Positions 49,736 through 61,700 of a stretch of DNA of 64,000 nucleotides are shown one piece after another. The position numbers and the translations under genes are program-made. Source of the DNA: Heterodontus francisci (Eukaryota); assembly GCF_036365525.1 (NCBI RefSeq), contig NW_027142279.1, positions 1 to 64,000 on the forward strand, read 5' to 3'. The notes beneath the pieces were generated by a model. That model saw nothing but the letters and a program-made list of their open reading frames with translations. It did not search any database and had not been told where the DNA came from. Positions within the stretch are counted from its first letter, which is position 1, and every line of letters begins with the position of its first letter.

Positions 49736-49840
49736 CCAGGAGATGGCGCAGTACTCCGCAGATCTCGTGGCTGCAAATAGAATTCGAGCAGATGTCAGAA
49801 AATGAATTTCCATTCAGCGAGTGATCGCGCCCTCTGGCGG
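49736..49840. promoter_or_regulatory. Pair of oppositely oriented CTCF-like motifs in V-D interval
   Basis: CCAGGAGATGGCGC (+, 49736-49749) and CCGCCAGAGGGCGC (-, 49827-49840). Confidence 0.5.
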
Positions 49841-50589
49841 CCGCAGAGGGAATACAATGAAGTCTGAATAATTTTCATCACCATTCACCATTTGGATCAT
49901 TCTTCTGGCGTTACCGAGTCGCAGCCGGAGTGTGATCAATGCTACCTACTTCCAGTGAGATGTGGGATTATTTATTGCCATGTGCAAAGATTACCAGATG
50001 GTGACAAGTGGAGCGAAACTCCCCCCCTCCCCCACCCACCCCTCCGCTACCAGTATTGGATCCAAGATGCATCAGTTGGAATTCATTCCTGGTTATGTGC
50101 ATTCACCTCACATTGGAATTTCGAGACAGGGTGCCGACCGGGAGTTTTATAACGCTGCTCGATCTTGGACCCTGCAAGTAAAGGGTTACTATCTTGTTGG
50201 CACGTGGAAAAGACTTCTGATCTGCGTCCCTGCAATTTTGCTTCAATCCTCAGAGAACACATCAGCTAAGGAACTCACTTTCGACTCCACTGGCATAATG
50301 GAGGTTGGAAATGTGCACAGCATCTCGAATCCGTAAAGGCTGGAGGACATCTGACCGTCAGGAGCCCATTAAAAGTCTTCCACTTCATAAAAGCTAAAGA
50401 AAAGAAATGACGGAATGTTGTAGATTTCGGGAACTCCAGTCCAATCTGAAAATATCTGGGTCTGTAGTAAAAGTGGTCGAGCAACAGGGTGAGTAATTTC
50501 AATAACAACATTCTTCCCATTATTGATATTGCAAGAGGGACCCGTGTATATGAATGAGAGCAATTTTACATCAATGTACAACAAGGAAT

Positions 50590-51240
50590 TAGGAAGGCGA
50601 GTAACATGTTAGCTTTTATTGTAAGGCGTTTGAAACACAAGAGTAAGGAAATCTTTCTGCAGCTAGTTGGGACTTTGGTAACAAAACAAATATAGTGTTG
50701 TGTCGAGTGTTGCTCTCCTTATCTACGGAAGCATGTATTTGCCTTAGAGGAGGTTGCAACGAAGGTTCACTCAATTGGTTCCAAGGAGGAGAAGGCTGCC
50801 CAATGAGGAGAAATTGAGTCGAATGGGCTGTTATTCTCTGGAAGAATCAGAGGTGATCCATTTGAAACGTACAAAATTATGAGAGTGTTTGACAGGGTAC
50901 ACACTGAGAGGCTGCTTCCCCCCTGGCTGGAGAACCTAGAAATAAGGGGAAGAAGCTTCAGGATAAGGGGTCCATCTACAACACTTAGATGAGGAGGAAT
51001 GTCTTCACTCAGAGGGTTATGACTCTTTGGAATTCAGAGAGCTGTGGAATTCTCAGTCATTGAGAAAATTGAAGACATGAGATCCATAGATTTTAGGCAC
51101 CAAGGGAATCCAGGGATGTAGGAATATGGCGGGAAAGTGGAGTGAAGGTAGCAGATCTTCAAGATCTTCATTATGTGGAGGAGCAGACACGGCGGGCCGA
51201 ATGGCTTACTCCTGCTCCTATTTTCTAATGTTCTGATGTA
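50590..51240 (+). mobile_element. CR1-like LINE 3' fragment (decayed)
   Basis: gatgaggaggaatgtcttcactcagagggtt and the gggccgaatggcttactcctgctcctatt tail. Confidence 0.7.
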
Positions 51241-53159
51241 AGTGGTTCCTGCGCGTTTGCAGTGTCAGATCATTGTGTCATCACAGCACATACGGTCTAA
51301 AATATTATCTTTCTCTTCCGGTCTAACCCGTGTTTCACTTGACCATGAAGTCACGTCATGGCAAACCCTGAAGCCAGTTACAGGCCAAACCAGATCTTGA
51401 TAAGGGAAGTTTGTCGATTTCAGTGCAATTTCCAGGCGATCGGAAAGAATTATAATCAGAGCAGAGAAGGTTAAGGGACCCAGCGGAAGGTGGTGTTGGA
51501 AATCAGGAAGGATTTTGATAAATTGAACAGGGAGAAGCTGTTTTCTGAGGCAGGAAGGTCGCTAACCAGGGAGGCGCTGATTTAGGGTCAGTGGCAAAAG
51601 AACCAGAAGCGGGACGAGGAGAAAGATTCTGAGTGGGACGGGTATTATCGATCTTGAACGCATCGCCTGAAACGGCAGTGGAATGGGATTCCGCTTTCAA
51701 AAGGGAATTGGATAGATCCTTGGAGCAGAAGATTTCCAGGGCTAGGGCAAAAGGGCAGGAGAGTGGGACTAACTGGATAGATTTTTCACAAAAGCAAGCA
51801 GAGACGGGATGATCTCCTTTGTGTTGAATCTTTCTGTGATGCTATAATGTGTACAGATCAGAAAGGAACAACTTGACATCATTGCCTTTATTCAATAAAA
51901 GTAAAACTATTCTCCACCCTTTGGCATATGAAGCATGACAACCAAGCTATTGGGAGACGGTGAACCTTATCTGTTATCTCTATGGGTGCATTCTCACTGC
52001 AGACCGGGTTCCAGTCAAGCAAACCCTACTTATATGGCTGTGTTGGAGTTGGAACTGCCCTGGGACAAATTCCTCCCGGTACACCAGGGAATTCTGTCAA
52101 GAGCAGGCTGGTTATCATCTCAACAGGTCAGTGTTGAAGAGGTTTAACATGACATGTGGAAGTATGTCAATGAGACACCGGTCATTCTTTATTCAATAGG
52201 GGCCCTAAGACTGTGTTTGCCTCGTGGTATTGATCCATCCATATCCAGATTTGATAGATTTCCTTCAGTGAGGAACATTTTGGGATTAAGTTGAGACATG
52301 ACATGTGACAAGAGTTGCCTGCTTGGGAGGAACAGGGACTTTGGGCCTGACATTTTGGTGCTTTCCACACCTCATGCCTGGGCCCTGTTGTAGATCAAGT
52401 AACCGCAATTGGTTTATTTCTGTTCTGTTACGGGATGTGGGCTGGCGAGGGCTACGTTTATTTCCAAGTCTAACCGCTCTTGAGCAGACTTCTTCTTGAA
52501 TGCAACTGCGTGGCTGACTAGGCCCATTCCTTAGGGCAGTGAAGGGTGAACAGCATTGCTGCCGGGGTCTGGAGTTACTGAGTGTCCAGACTGGGTGAGG
52601 GAGGCAAAATTCCTTCCCCAAAGGATATCACTGAACCAGGTGGCTCTTTCCGCCAATCCAGCAGCTTTATGCTGAGCATCATTGCTGGAATACAACTACT
52701 GTTACAAAGGCTACCATCATCAACAACTACATTATTGGTCTACAAGGATACCAGAAGTTGAACGAGGTGTCCTGGTTTTTTTTTGGCATCTAGCAAATCC
52801 TGCATTCCGAAGCCTGCCTGTTTAGCTTAGTGCTGGAACCCAACACAGTTTAATTCAGAGAGTACAGAGCTGAGAGATGCCAGATAAACCTTATTCTTCA
52901 GATTCACTGTGACACCAGTGACAGCCTCATTCAACTTGATGGACCGTCCCCCAGTTGGACCAAGTTTCAGCTGAAAGACCGGCCCCAGCGCCTGGGAGTT
53001 CCTGCTGCGCCTTCGTTAGACCAAAGTACGTGAATTGAATGCAGTTATGAGACAGTGCATTCCAGGAAGGTGGGGATTGCTCTACCGAGGGATATCGGAA
53101 TATAATTTCTGAAAATGAGATGGATAAGTTAGCGGTTTGTCAATAAAAAGATACTGATA

Positions 53160-53862
53160 CGCAGATTAACCACAAGCATTATTCATGGTTGGCGCTGGAC
53201 AGGTTGAGAGAGCAGTTAATAAAGCATACAGTATCTGGGCTTTATTAAAAGAGGCAGAGAGTACAAGAGCATGGAAGTAAGTTGCACTTGTACAAGACAC
53301 TAGTTCGACTTCAGCCGGAGTATTGTGTCCAGTTCTGGGAGCTGCACTTGAGGAAAGAAATGAAAGCATTGGAGAGAGTGAGGAAAAGATTCAGGAGAAT
53401 GGTTCCACGGGTGAGGGACCTCTGTTATGATGATAGTTTGGAGAAGTTGGGATTGTTTTCCTTGGAGAAGAGAAGGCTGAGAGGTGATTTGATAGAGGGA
53501 TTCAAAATCATGAGGTGTCGGGACAGAACAGATAGAGAGAAACTGCTCCCACTCGTGAAAGGATGGAGAATGAGAGGGCACACATTTAAACTAATTGGAA
53601 ACAGAAGTAAAAGTGACATGAGGAAAACATTGTTTCACAAAGCGAATGGTTAATGTCTGGAGTGCATGCTCAGAGAGTATGGTGCAGGCAGGTGCAATCG
53701 GGGCATTCAAAATGGAATTATGAAAAGGAAGAATGTGCAGGGTTACGGGTAGAAGGCGAGGGAATGGGACTGAGTGAATTGCTCATTCGGAGGGCCGGTT
53801 CAGACACAATGGGTCGAATTGCCTTCTTGTGTACTGTTCCAATTTTCTGATTCTGTGATTAG
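53160..53862 (+). mobile_element. CR1-like LINE 3' fragment
   Basis: LYKTLVRLQPEYCVQFW...LERVRKRFRRMVP...LEKLGLFSLEKRRLRGDLIE. Confidence 0.85.
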
Positions 53863-54358
53863 GAATATCGATGATAAGTGGCAGTAACTTGATTGCTAAC
53901 CTGATGATCAAGGTTGGGTAAAATTTGTGATAAACACAACAATGTTCAGTTTAAATGGTACAGGGTGATATTCTAAGATAATAAGATGTATCTATCCATC
54001 GGGACTTTGATAGCTCTATCTTTCAGCAGAACCAAGCCATCTATTTATCACTTTAAGAGCTGCTTGCAAGCTGTAAGATACAGATGCAGACTCACACAGA
54101 CAACACCAGCACAGACGAAGAGATTTTTCTTTTAACTTGTTGAGTTATTCTGATCAGGAATGCGATGCCTGAAAGGATGGAGCAAGCAGATTCAACAGTA
54201 ACTTAGAAAGGAGATTGGGAAATATATTTGAACAGGAAATATCTACACTCTGAAAGTTGATGGAAAACTCTGCAAAGTTTCATCAATGAACAGCTGTCTT
54301 TATGAACTCTGCTTACTTGAGTTTTCCTCTCGAACACTCACAGTATAAGAGGGTGGTA

Positions 54359-54397
54359 TGTTTTTGACCCAGCCCTGCACCTGTTTGAATCACTGTG
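54359..54397 (-). other. 23-RSS of D-proximal V-beta
   Basis: CACAGTG-23 nt-TCAAAAACA on the minus strand. Confidence 0.93.
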
Positions 54398-54699
54398 ATC
54401 ACTAGCAGCACAGTAATACACCGCCCTGTCAGTCTGATCCACCCTCAGTATTTTCAGGCTGCAGGTTTTAAGATCGGGTCTGGTGACCTTAAATCTCTCC
54501 TTGAAACCCTCTTCAGGGCTGGTATCAGAGGTGCCAATCGAGGTCACTATGAGCAGTAACCCTGCTCCGCTCTGCTGGCGATACCAGTACATGTAACTGT
54601 CGCTGGTGTCATTCTGGAAACAGTGCATTTCCACCGTTTTCCCCTCTGCGACCGTCAGCCGGTTCCCCCACTGGGTAACGAGAGTGCTCCTGGACCGGG
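54398..54699 (-). CDS. TRBV: TCR beta variable exon (D-proximal V)
   Basis: tccacag|CC CGG TCC...; ARSRSTLVTQWGNRLTVAEGKTVEMHC...YMYWYRQ...DRAVYYCAASD, followed by a 23-RSS. Confidence 0.97.
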
Positions 54700-55013
54700 C
54701 TGTGGAGGAACATGAGAAACAGATCGGGTCAAAGAGAACAGACACAATAAGGAGAGAGAGAGAGATTTAATGGTAAAGCTCACGATGCACACCACAGTCG
54801 ATCAGCTCGCTGCCGCCCCAGCACAGGGGTCATGTGCTGATTCCCAGAATCGCTGGGCACAACTGCAGCGGTGCTAAATAACGACACTTGTCCTCAACAG
54901 TAAAACCAAACCAGTAAATCTCTAACTGATTGGAGCCCTTCGATATCAACAGGAATTGTGTCTCAAAGCTGATTAACTGGGGCCTGAATTTCCCTCCAAG
55001 TAGGAGCAGTAAC

Positions 55014-55059
55014 CTGGGAGCAGCAGAAACAGTAGATGGAGGTAAACAGGACACAGCAT
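55014..55059 (-). CDS. TRBV: Leader exon of D-proximal V-beta (MLCPVYLHLLFLLLP)
   Basis: ATG, hydrophobic signal peptide, phase-1 donor CCAG|gttact; conserved in three copies. Confidence 0.85.
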
Positions 55060-55163
55060 GATGCAGGAATGTGAACCCTTCTTTCAACCTTCCAGCTTGG
55101 TCCAGCTCTTATGCACACTGCAGTCCTATTGGTGCACAGCCTGCTTTTGTGATGCAGTGCGGA

Positions 55164-55173
55164 AGTGACGTCA
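55164..55173. promoter_or_regulatory. V-beta promoter CRE decamer AGTGACGTCA
   Basis: Matches the mammalian V-beta decamer AGTGAYRTCA; ~105 bp upstream of the ATG; flanked by CCAAT boxes (~55127, ~55186). Confidence 0.8.
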
Positions 55174-55334
55174 TTGCAAGGGCAACCAATAGAACCTTCC
55201 TTGTGTATCCAACAAAGCAGATGGTTCTTTCACCTGTGTGGATGTAGGAATTAGAATGACACAAGATTGACTTGCAAAGTCCCATCTATTGCAGGGTTTG
55301 GGGATATGCATAACGATTGGAATGGTTGACATAT

Positions 55335-56575
55335 ATACCAACTTGATTGAATTTTTCGTGGCGGTGACTTGATGTGTAGATAAGGGTCAAGCAGTTGATA
55401 TAGTCTACATGGCTTTTGATAAAGTCCCGCATGGGAGATTGGTTAGGAAGGTCAGAGCCCATGGGATCCAGGGCAGTTTGGGAAAATGGATTCAAAATTG
55501 GTTTCTTCGCAGGAGGCAGAGGGTGATGGTCGAGGGTTTTTTTTCTGAGTGGAATCCTGTGAACAGTGGTGTACCACAGGGATCAGTGCTGGGACCCTTG
55601 CTGTTTGTGGTGTACATTAATGAATGAAGTGTGAATATAGGAGGTATGTTACGTAAGTTCGCAGATGACACAAAAATTGGTGGTGTCGCAAACAGTGAGA
55701 AGGAAAGCCTTAGATTACAGGACAATATAGATGGGCTGGTCGGATGGGCAGAGCAGTGGCAAATGGAGTTTAATCCTGGGAATTGTGAGGTGATGCATTT
55801 TGGGAGGACTAACAAGGCAAGGGAATATCCAATGGATGGTAGGACCCTAGGAAGTACAGGGTGTCAGATGGATCTTTGTGTACTTGTCCATAGATCACTG
55901 AAGGCAGCAGCACAGGTAGATAAGGTGGTTAGGAAGGTATATGCGATACTTGCCTTTATCAACCGAGGTATAGAATATAAGAACAGGGAGGTTATGATGG
56001 AGCTGTATAAAACACTAGTTAGGCCACATCTGGAGTACTGTGTACAGTTCTGGGCACCACACTATAGGAAGGATGTGATTGCACTGGAGAGGGTGCAGAG
56101 GAGATTCACCAGGATGTTGCCTGGGATGGAGCATTTCAGCTGTGAAGAGAGACGGAAAACACTATGGTCGTTTTCCTCAGAGCAGAGCATTCTGAGGGGT
56201 TACATTATTGTGTTTTTTGAAATTATGCGGGGTACTGATAGGTTAGTTAGGAAGACATTTATCCCGTTCTTGGAGGGGTCAATAACCAGGTGGCATAGAT
56301 TTAAGGTAAGAAGCAGGAGGTTTAGAGGGGATTTCATGAAAAAATGCTTCACACAGAGGGTGGTTGGAATCTAGAACACACTGCCTGAAGAGGTGGTAGA
56401 GGCAGGAACCCTCACAACATTTCAGAAGTATTTAGATGAGAACTTGTAACGCCATAGCATACAACGCTACGGGCCACGTGCTGCAAAATTTGATTAAAAT
56501 AGTCAGGTCCTTGATGGCCGGCACAGACAGGATGGGCAGAATGGCCTGCTTCTGTGCTGTGTAACTGTATGACTC
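55335..56575 (+). mobile_element. 5'-truncated CR1 LINE (ORF2 RT and C-terminus)
   Basis: AFDKVPHGRL...GVPQGSVLGPLLF...KFADDTK...YKTLVRPHLEYCVQFW...FTQRVV; absent from the paralogous V upstream region (~59990). Confidence 0.95.
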
Positions 56576-57339
56576 TAGATGTGCTTTATAGAGAGATATC
56601 TCACCTGAAGTGATTGTAGAAACTCCTGGGGGAGACCTCATTTCACCGCTCGGAATCTCAGGAGTGCAGTGAGCAGACAGTCAAACAAGGCGTCCCCTTA
56701 TAAAGATTTCCAATCACAGGACAGCACTTTTAGTAATGTAGAAACTGGGACTGTTCTCCGGAGAGCAGAGAAGGTTAAGAGGAGATTTGATAGTGAGGTT
56801 CAAAATCAGGAAGGGTTTAGACAGAGTAAATAAGGAGAAACTGTTTGCAGTGGCAGAAGGGTCGGTAAAGAGAGGACAAGAATTAAAGGATTCACAAAAG
56901 AGGAAGAGGGAAGATTAGGAGTTTTTTCTTTAACTTGGTGAGTTATTCTGATCAGGAATGCACTGCCTGAAAGGATGGAGGAAGCAGATTCAACAGTCAC
57001 TTTCAAAAGAGATTAGGATGTATATTTGAACAGGAAATATCTGCCACCCATTGAGGATAGTGTGTAGAGTGGGATGAAACAAGTAGATCTTTCAAAATGT
57101 TGGCACAGGAACAATGGGCCGAATAGCCTCCTCTGCCCTCTATGATTTTCAACTTATCTGGAGATTATTTCCTCTGCTTTGGAAAGTACTGAAATGAGTC
57201 TTTGGATATTGAACTGTCACTCAGGGAGCACTTAGAATCTATTGGAATATCCCACACTCTGCTGGGTTTGGAAAACTTCTCAAAGCTCCATCCATGAACG
57301 GTTGACTTTATGATCTCTCCTGGAAAGTATAAACAGGAT

Positions 57340-58445
57340 TGGACCAAGTCAGCATGGGTTTGCGAAAGGGAAATCATGCTGAACAAATCTACTGCAGTTG
57401 TTTGAGGACTTAACAAGTAGAATAGATAAGGGAGAACCAGTGGATCTGGTGCATTTGGATTTTCAAAAAGCTTTTAATAAGGTCCCACATAAGAGGTAAG
57501 CATGCAAAATTAAAGCACATGGGATTGGGGGCAATATACTGGCATGGATTGAAAATTGGTTGACAGACATGAAACAGAGAGTAGGAATAAACGGGTCTTT
57601 TTTCCAGGAAGCAGACAGTGACCAGTGGGATATCACAGGGATCAGTGCTTGGGCCCCAGCTATTCACAATATATATTAATGACTTGGGTGAGGGAACTAA
57701 ATGTAACATTTCCAAGTTTGCAGATGACACAAAGCTGGGGGTAATGTGAGCTGTGAGGAGGATGCAAAAAGACTCCAATATGATTTGGACAAGTTGGGTG
57801 AGTGGGCAAATGCATGGTAGATGCAGTATAATGTGGATAAATGTGAGGTTATCCACTTTGGTTGTAAAAACAGAAAGGCAAATGATTATCTGAATGGTGA
57901 TCGACTGGGAAAGGGGAGGTTCAGTGAGACCTGGGGATCCTTGTACCCCAGTTGCTGAAAGCAAGCATTCAGGTGCAGAAAGCAATTAGGAAGGAGAATG
58001 GTATGTTGGCCTTCGTTGCAGGAGGATTTGAGTACAGGAGCAAGGATGTCTTACTGCAGTTATACAGAGCCTTGGTGAGATCAGATCTGGAGTATTGTGT
58101 GCAGTTTTGGTCTCATTATCTGAGAAAGGATGTTCTTGCCATGGAGGGAGTACAAATAAGATTTACTAGGCTGATTCCTGGGATGGCAGGATTGACGTAT
58201 GAGGAGAGATTGGGCCGACTAGGCCTATATTAACTAGAGTTTAAAAGAATGAGAGGGAATCTCGTAGAAACGTCTAACATTCTAACAGGACTATTCAGGC
58301 AAGAAGCAGGAAGGATGTTCCCGATGGCTGGGGAGTCCAGAACCAGGGGTCACAGTCTCAGAATACAGGGTATGTCATTTACAGCAGAGATGAGGAGAAA
58401 TGTCTTCACTCAGAGGGTGGTGAACCTGTGGAATTCTCCTGCTCC
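57340..58445 (+). mobile_element. 5'-truncated CR1 LINE (ORF2 RT and C-terminus, frameshifted)
   Basis: [54 protein letters not shown]. Confidence 0.92.
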
Positions 58446-58516
58446 TATTTTCTGTGTTTCCATGTTTCCCTACTTGAATTTTCCTCTCTAACAGCTCACA
58501 GTATAAGAGGGTGGTA

Positions 58517-58555
58517 TGTTTTTGACCCAGCCCTGCACCTGTTTGAATCACTGTG
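58517..58555 (-). other. 23-RSS of second V-beta
   Basis: CACAGTG-23-TCAAAAACA, identical to the first V RSS. Confidence 0.93.
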
Positions 58556-58857
58556 ATCACGAGCAGCGCAGTAATACACCGCCCTGTCAGTCTGCTCCAC
58601 CCTCAGTATTTTCAGGCTGCAGGATTTAAAATCGGGTCTGGTGATTTTAAATCTCTCCTTGAAACCCTCTTCAGGCCTGGGATCAGATGTACCAATCGAG
58701 TTCACTATGAGCTGCAACCCTGCTCCGCTCTGCTGGCGATACCAGTACATGTAACTCTCGCTGGTGTCATTCTGGAAACAGTGCATTTCCGCAGTTGTCC
58801 CCTCTGCGACCATCAACCGGTTCCCCCACTGAGTAAGGAGGGCACTCCTGGACCGGG
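58556..58857 (-). CDS. TRBV: TCR beta variable exon (second V, same family, ~85% aa identity)
   Basis: ARSRSALLTQWGNRLMVAEGTTAEMHC...WYRQ...DRAVYYCAARD; acceptor ctccacag; 23-RSS. Confidence 0.97.
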
Positions 58858-59672
58858 CTGTGGAGAAACATGAGAAACAGATCGGATCAAACATTTAAAC
58901 AGGCACAGTAAGGACAGAGAGATACTTAATGTTTAAAATTGCGATGCACACCACAGTCGATCTGAGCCAACATACAGACCGGTCATCTCTGGAGGCTCAG
59001 TATCCGCTGGGCACACCTGCAGCTGCGCCCAAATCGCTGCACTTGGCCTCAGTGCCCATTGCTGGGGAGGACAAAAGTCAGCCAGCTTGCCCACATTCCC
59101 CGCCGCCAACACTAGCTCTATTGCAATGTCCTTGCACCGTCCGCCAGTCCAGCGACACTGACTGGGTCAGCTCATTGACATTGTGGGCAATGTGCCCAAA
59201 ATCAGCTGCCTAGGACTGGCCAACCTTCAGGTAATGGGCAGGGCGAACAAGGCAAGTTACATTTATTATTGAACAGAGTAAGAAACAATTAGGACCCAAA
59301 AGAAAGGCATTTCCAGAGCCAGAGAATGATACAGCTCAGCAGGAAGCCCTTCGGCCAATCGCGCCTGTGCTAGCTCTTTGAAGAACCTTTCCAAATATTC
59401 CAACTCCCCTGCTCTTTACCCAGAGTCCTGCAAATATTGCCCATTCAGGAATTTATCCAGGTCTCCCTTTTTTTTTTAAAAGAAAAGGTTGCAATTGCAT
59501 CCACCCGGCTTTCAGACAATGTATTTCAGAGCAGAACAATTCACTGCTTCAAACAGTGAAGAATCCTCCAAGTGATCGAACTGTTTGAAGACTTTCTGCA
59601 ACAACGAGAATTGATGTTGCCCAGGAGCAGATTAATCCGGGCCCGGATTTCCCTAAAAGTAGGAGCAGTAAC

Positions 59673-59718
59673 CTGGGAGCAGCAGAAACAGTAGATGGAG
59701 GTAAACAGTACACAGCAT
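59673..59718 (-). CDS. TRBV: Leader exon of second V-beta (MLCTVYLHLLFLLLP)
   Basis: Paralog of 55014-55059; CRE variant AGTGACGTTA at 59823-59832. Confidence 0.85.
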
Positions 59719-60499
59719 GATGCAGGAATGTGAACCGTGCTCTCAACCTTCCAGATTTGTCCGGCTTTCACACACACTGCAGTCCTATTGGTCCTGCACA
59801 TGTCTTTGTCATCTAGGGTGCAAGTGACGTTATTGCAAGGGCAACCAATAGAACGACCCTTGTGTATCCAAGCAAATCAGATCCTCCTTTCCAATGTCTG
59901 AATGTAAGAATTAGAATGACACAGGATTGACTTGCAAAGTCCCATCTATTGCAGGGTTTGGGGATGTTCAGAAAGATTGAAACGGTTGACAAATGTGTAC
60001 TTTATAGAGAGATATGTGATGTGAAGAGACTGTAGAAACTCCCGGGGGAGAACTAATTTCACCAATCAGCATTTCAGGTGGCCAGTGAGTGGATAGTTAA
60101 GTCAGACCTCTCTATATAAACCTTCCCCATCATAGGACAGCTGTACTAGTAATGGAGAAACTGGGACTGTTTTCCTTAGAGCAGAGAAGGTTAATTGGAG
60201 ATTTGATAGAGAGGTTCAAAATCAGGAAGGGTTTTGATAGAGTAAATAAGGAGAATCTGTTTGCAGTGGTAGAAGGGTCAGTAAACATGGGACACGGATT
60301 GAAGATGATTCATCAAAGAACCAGAGAATGTCTGGAGGCTCGGTGTCCGCTGAACAGAACTGAATCTGCTCGAAATCAATAGCAAAACCAAAGCTCTGAA
60401 GGATTTAACTGATTGGAACCTTTTCATATCAACAAGAGTTGCTGATGTTCAAAGCTGATTAACCGGGGCCCGAATTAACCTCCAAATCGGAGCAGTAAC

Positions 60500-60545
60500 C
60501 TGGGAGCAGCAGAAACAGCAGGTGTAGGTAAACAGTACACAACAT
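60500..60545 (-). pseudogene. Orphan V-beta leader exon (MLCTVYLHLLFLLLP) lacking its own V exon
   Basis: Intact ATG, frame and donor; degenerate CRE TGCCGTCA at ~60644; no V exon before the next promoter. Confidence 0.75.
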
Positions 60546-61019
60546 GATGTGGGGATTTGAAGCCTCCTATCTCAGCCCCCTTGTCACACTCTGCAGCCCT
60601 CTCTCCCTCCCTCTGCGCCTCCTCTGGTGTTGCAGTGCGGAGATGCCGTCACTGCATGACCGTCCAACAGAACCTCTTGTTTATCAATGCAAAGCACATT
60701 GTTCCTCCTTAGTTGTGAAGAATATTGAATGTACAGCAATGACTTGCAATGTGCAAGCAATTCCAGAGGTTCGGGAATCTCCTGAAGGGTGCAATGTGTG
60801 GAGGTGTAGATTATTTGGAGAGTTTGGAAGAGTTAGGACTGTCTTCCGCTTCACAGAGAAGGTTAAGAGGAGATTCAATAGAGGTGTTCACAACCATGAG
60901 GGGTTTTGATAGGGTAAGTAATGAGACACTGTTTGCAGTGACAGGAGGGTCGGTAACCAGAGGGGCACAGATTTGAGATCATGGGCAAAAGAACCAGTGT
61001 CCCCTAATCCTTGTACCAT

Positions 61020-61700
61020 CAGCTCATGAGAAAAACACCAAAAAAATCAACAAAAGCCTCAGCAGGTGAAAAACACCAATAAATTCAACAACATTAGCAG
61101 GAAAATAAATCAACAATTTCAACAACAATTTCAACAGGAGAAAAACACCAACAAATTCAACAACAACCTCACCAGGTGAAAAACACCAACAAACTCAACA
61201 ACAACCTCAGCAGGGAAAAACACCAAAACATTCAACAACAACTTCAACAGGTGATAAACACCAACTAATTCAACAGAAGCCTCAGCAGGTGAAAACCACC
61301 AATAAATTCAACGACATTAGCAGGAAACAAAATCAACAATTTCAGCAGGAGGAAAACACCAACAAATTCAACAACAACCTCAACAGATGAAAAACACCAA
61401 CAAATTCAACAGCTTCAGCAGGAAAAATCACCACAAAATTCAACAACAACCTCAACAGGTGAAAAACACCATCAAATGCAACAACAACTTCAGCAGGTGA
61501 AAAACAGCAACAAATTGAACAACAACTTCAGCAGGAGATAAACACCAACAAATTCAACAACAACCTCAACAGGTGAAAAACAGCAACAATTTCAACAACA
61601 ACTTCAATCAGAAGAAGGCACCAACAAATAAAACAACAATTTCAGTCTGAGAAAAACACCAAAAAATTCTACAACAACCTCAGCAGGAGGAAACCCTCAA
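61020..61700 (+). repeat. Tandem repeat, ~38 bp A/C-rich unit (aaattcaacaacaacctcagcaggtgaaaaacaccaac)
   Basis: About 17 degenerate copies visible. Confidence 0.9.

Noticed and set aside
49950-50465. Unique sequence with a DVGL-YC-like motif and an exon-like segment (acceptor ~50462, donor ~50277)
   Set aside because: No coherent V domain, RSS or recognisable protein in any frame.
51990-52384. Minus-strand VRPKV..PPKQATLVTCHVS resembling an Ig C1 start
   Set aside because: Acceptor is in the wrong phase, with stops and no second Cys motif; cannot be supported without a profile search.
55631-56374. 247-aa reverse-transcriptase ORF as a host gene
   Set aside because: 5'-truncated CR1 ORF2 with an upstream stop; a mobile element remnant.
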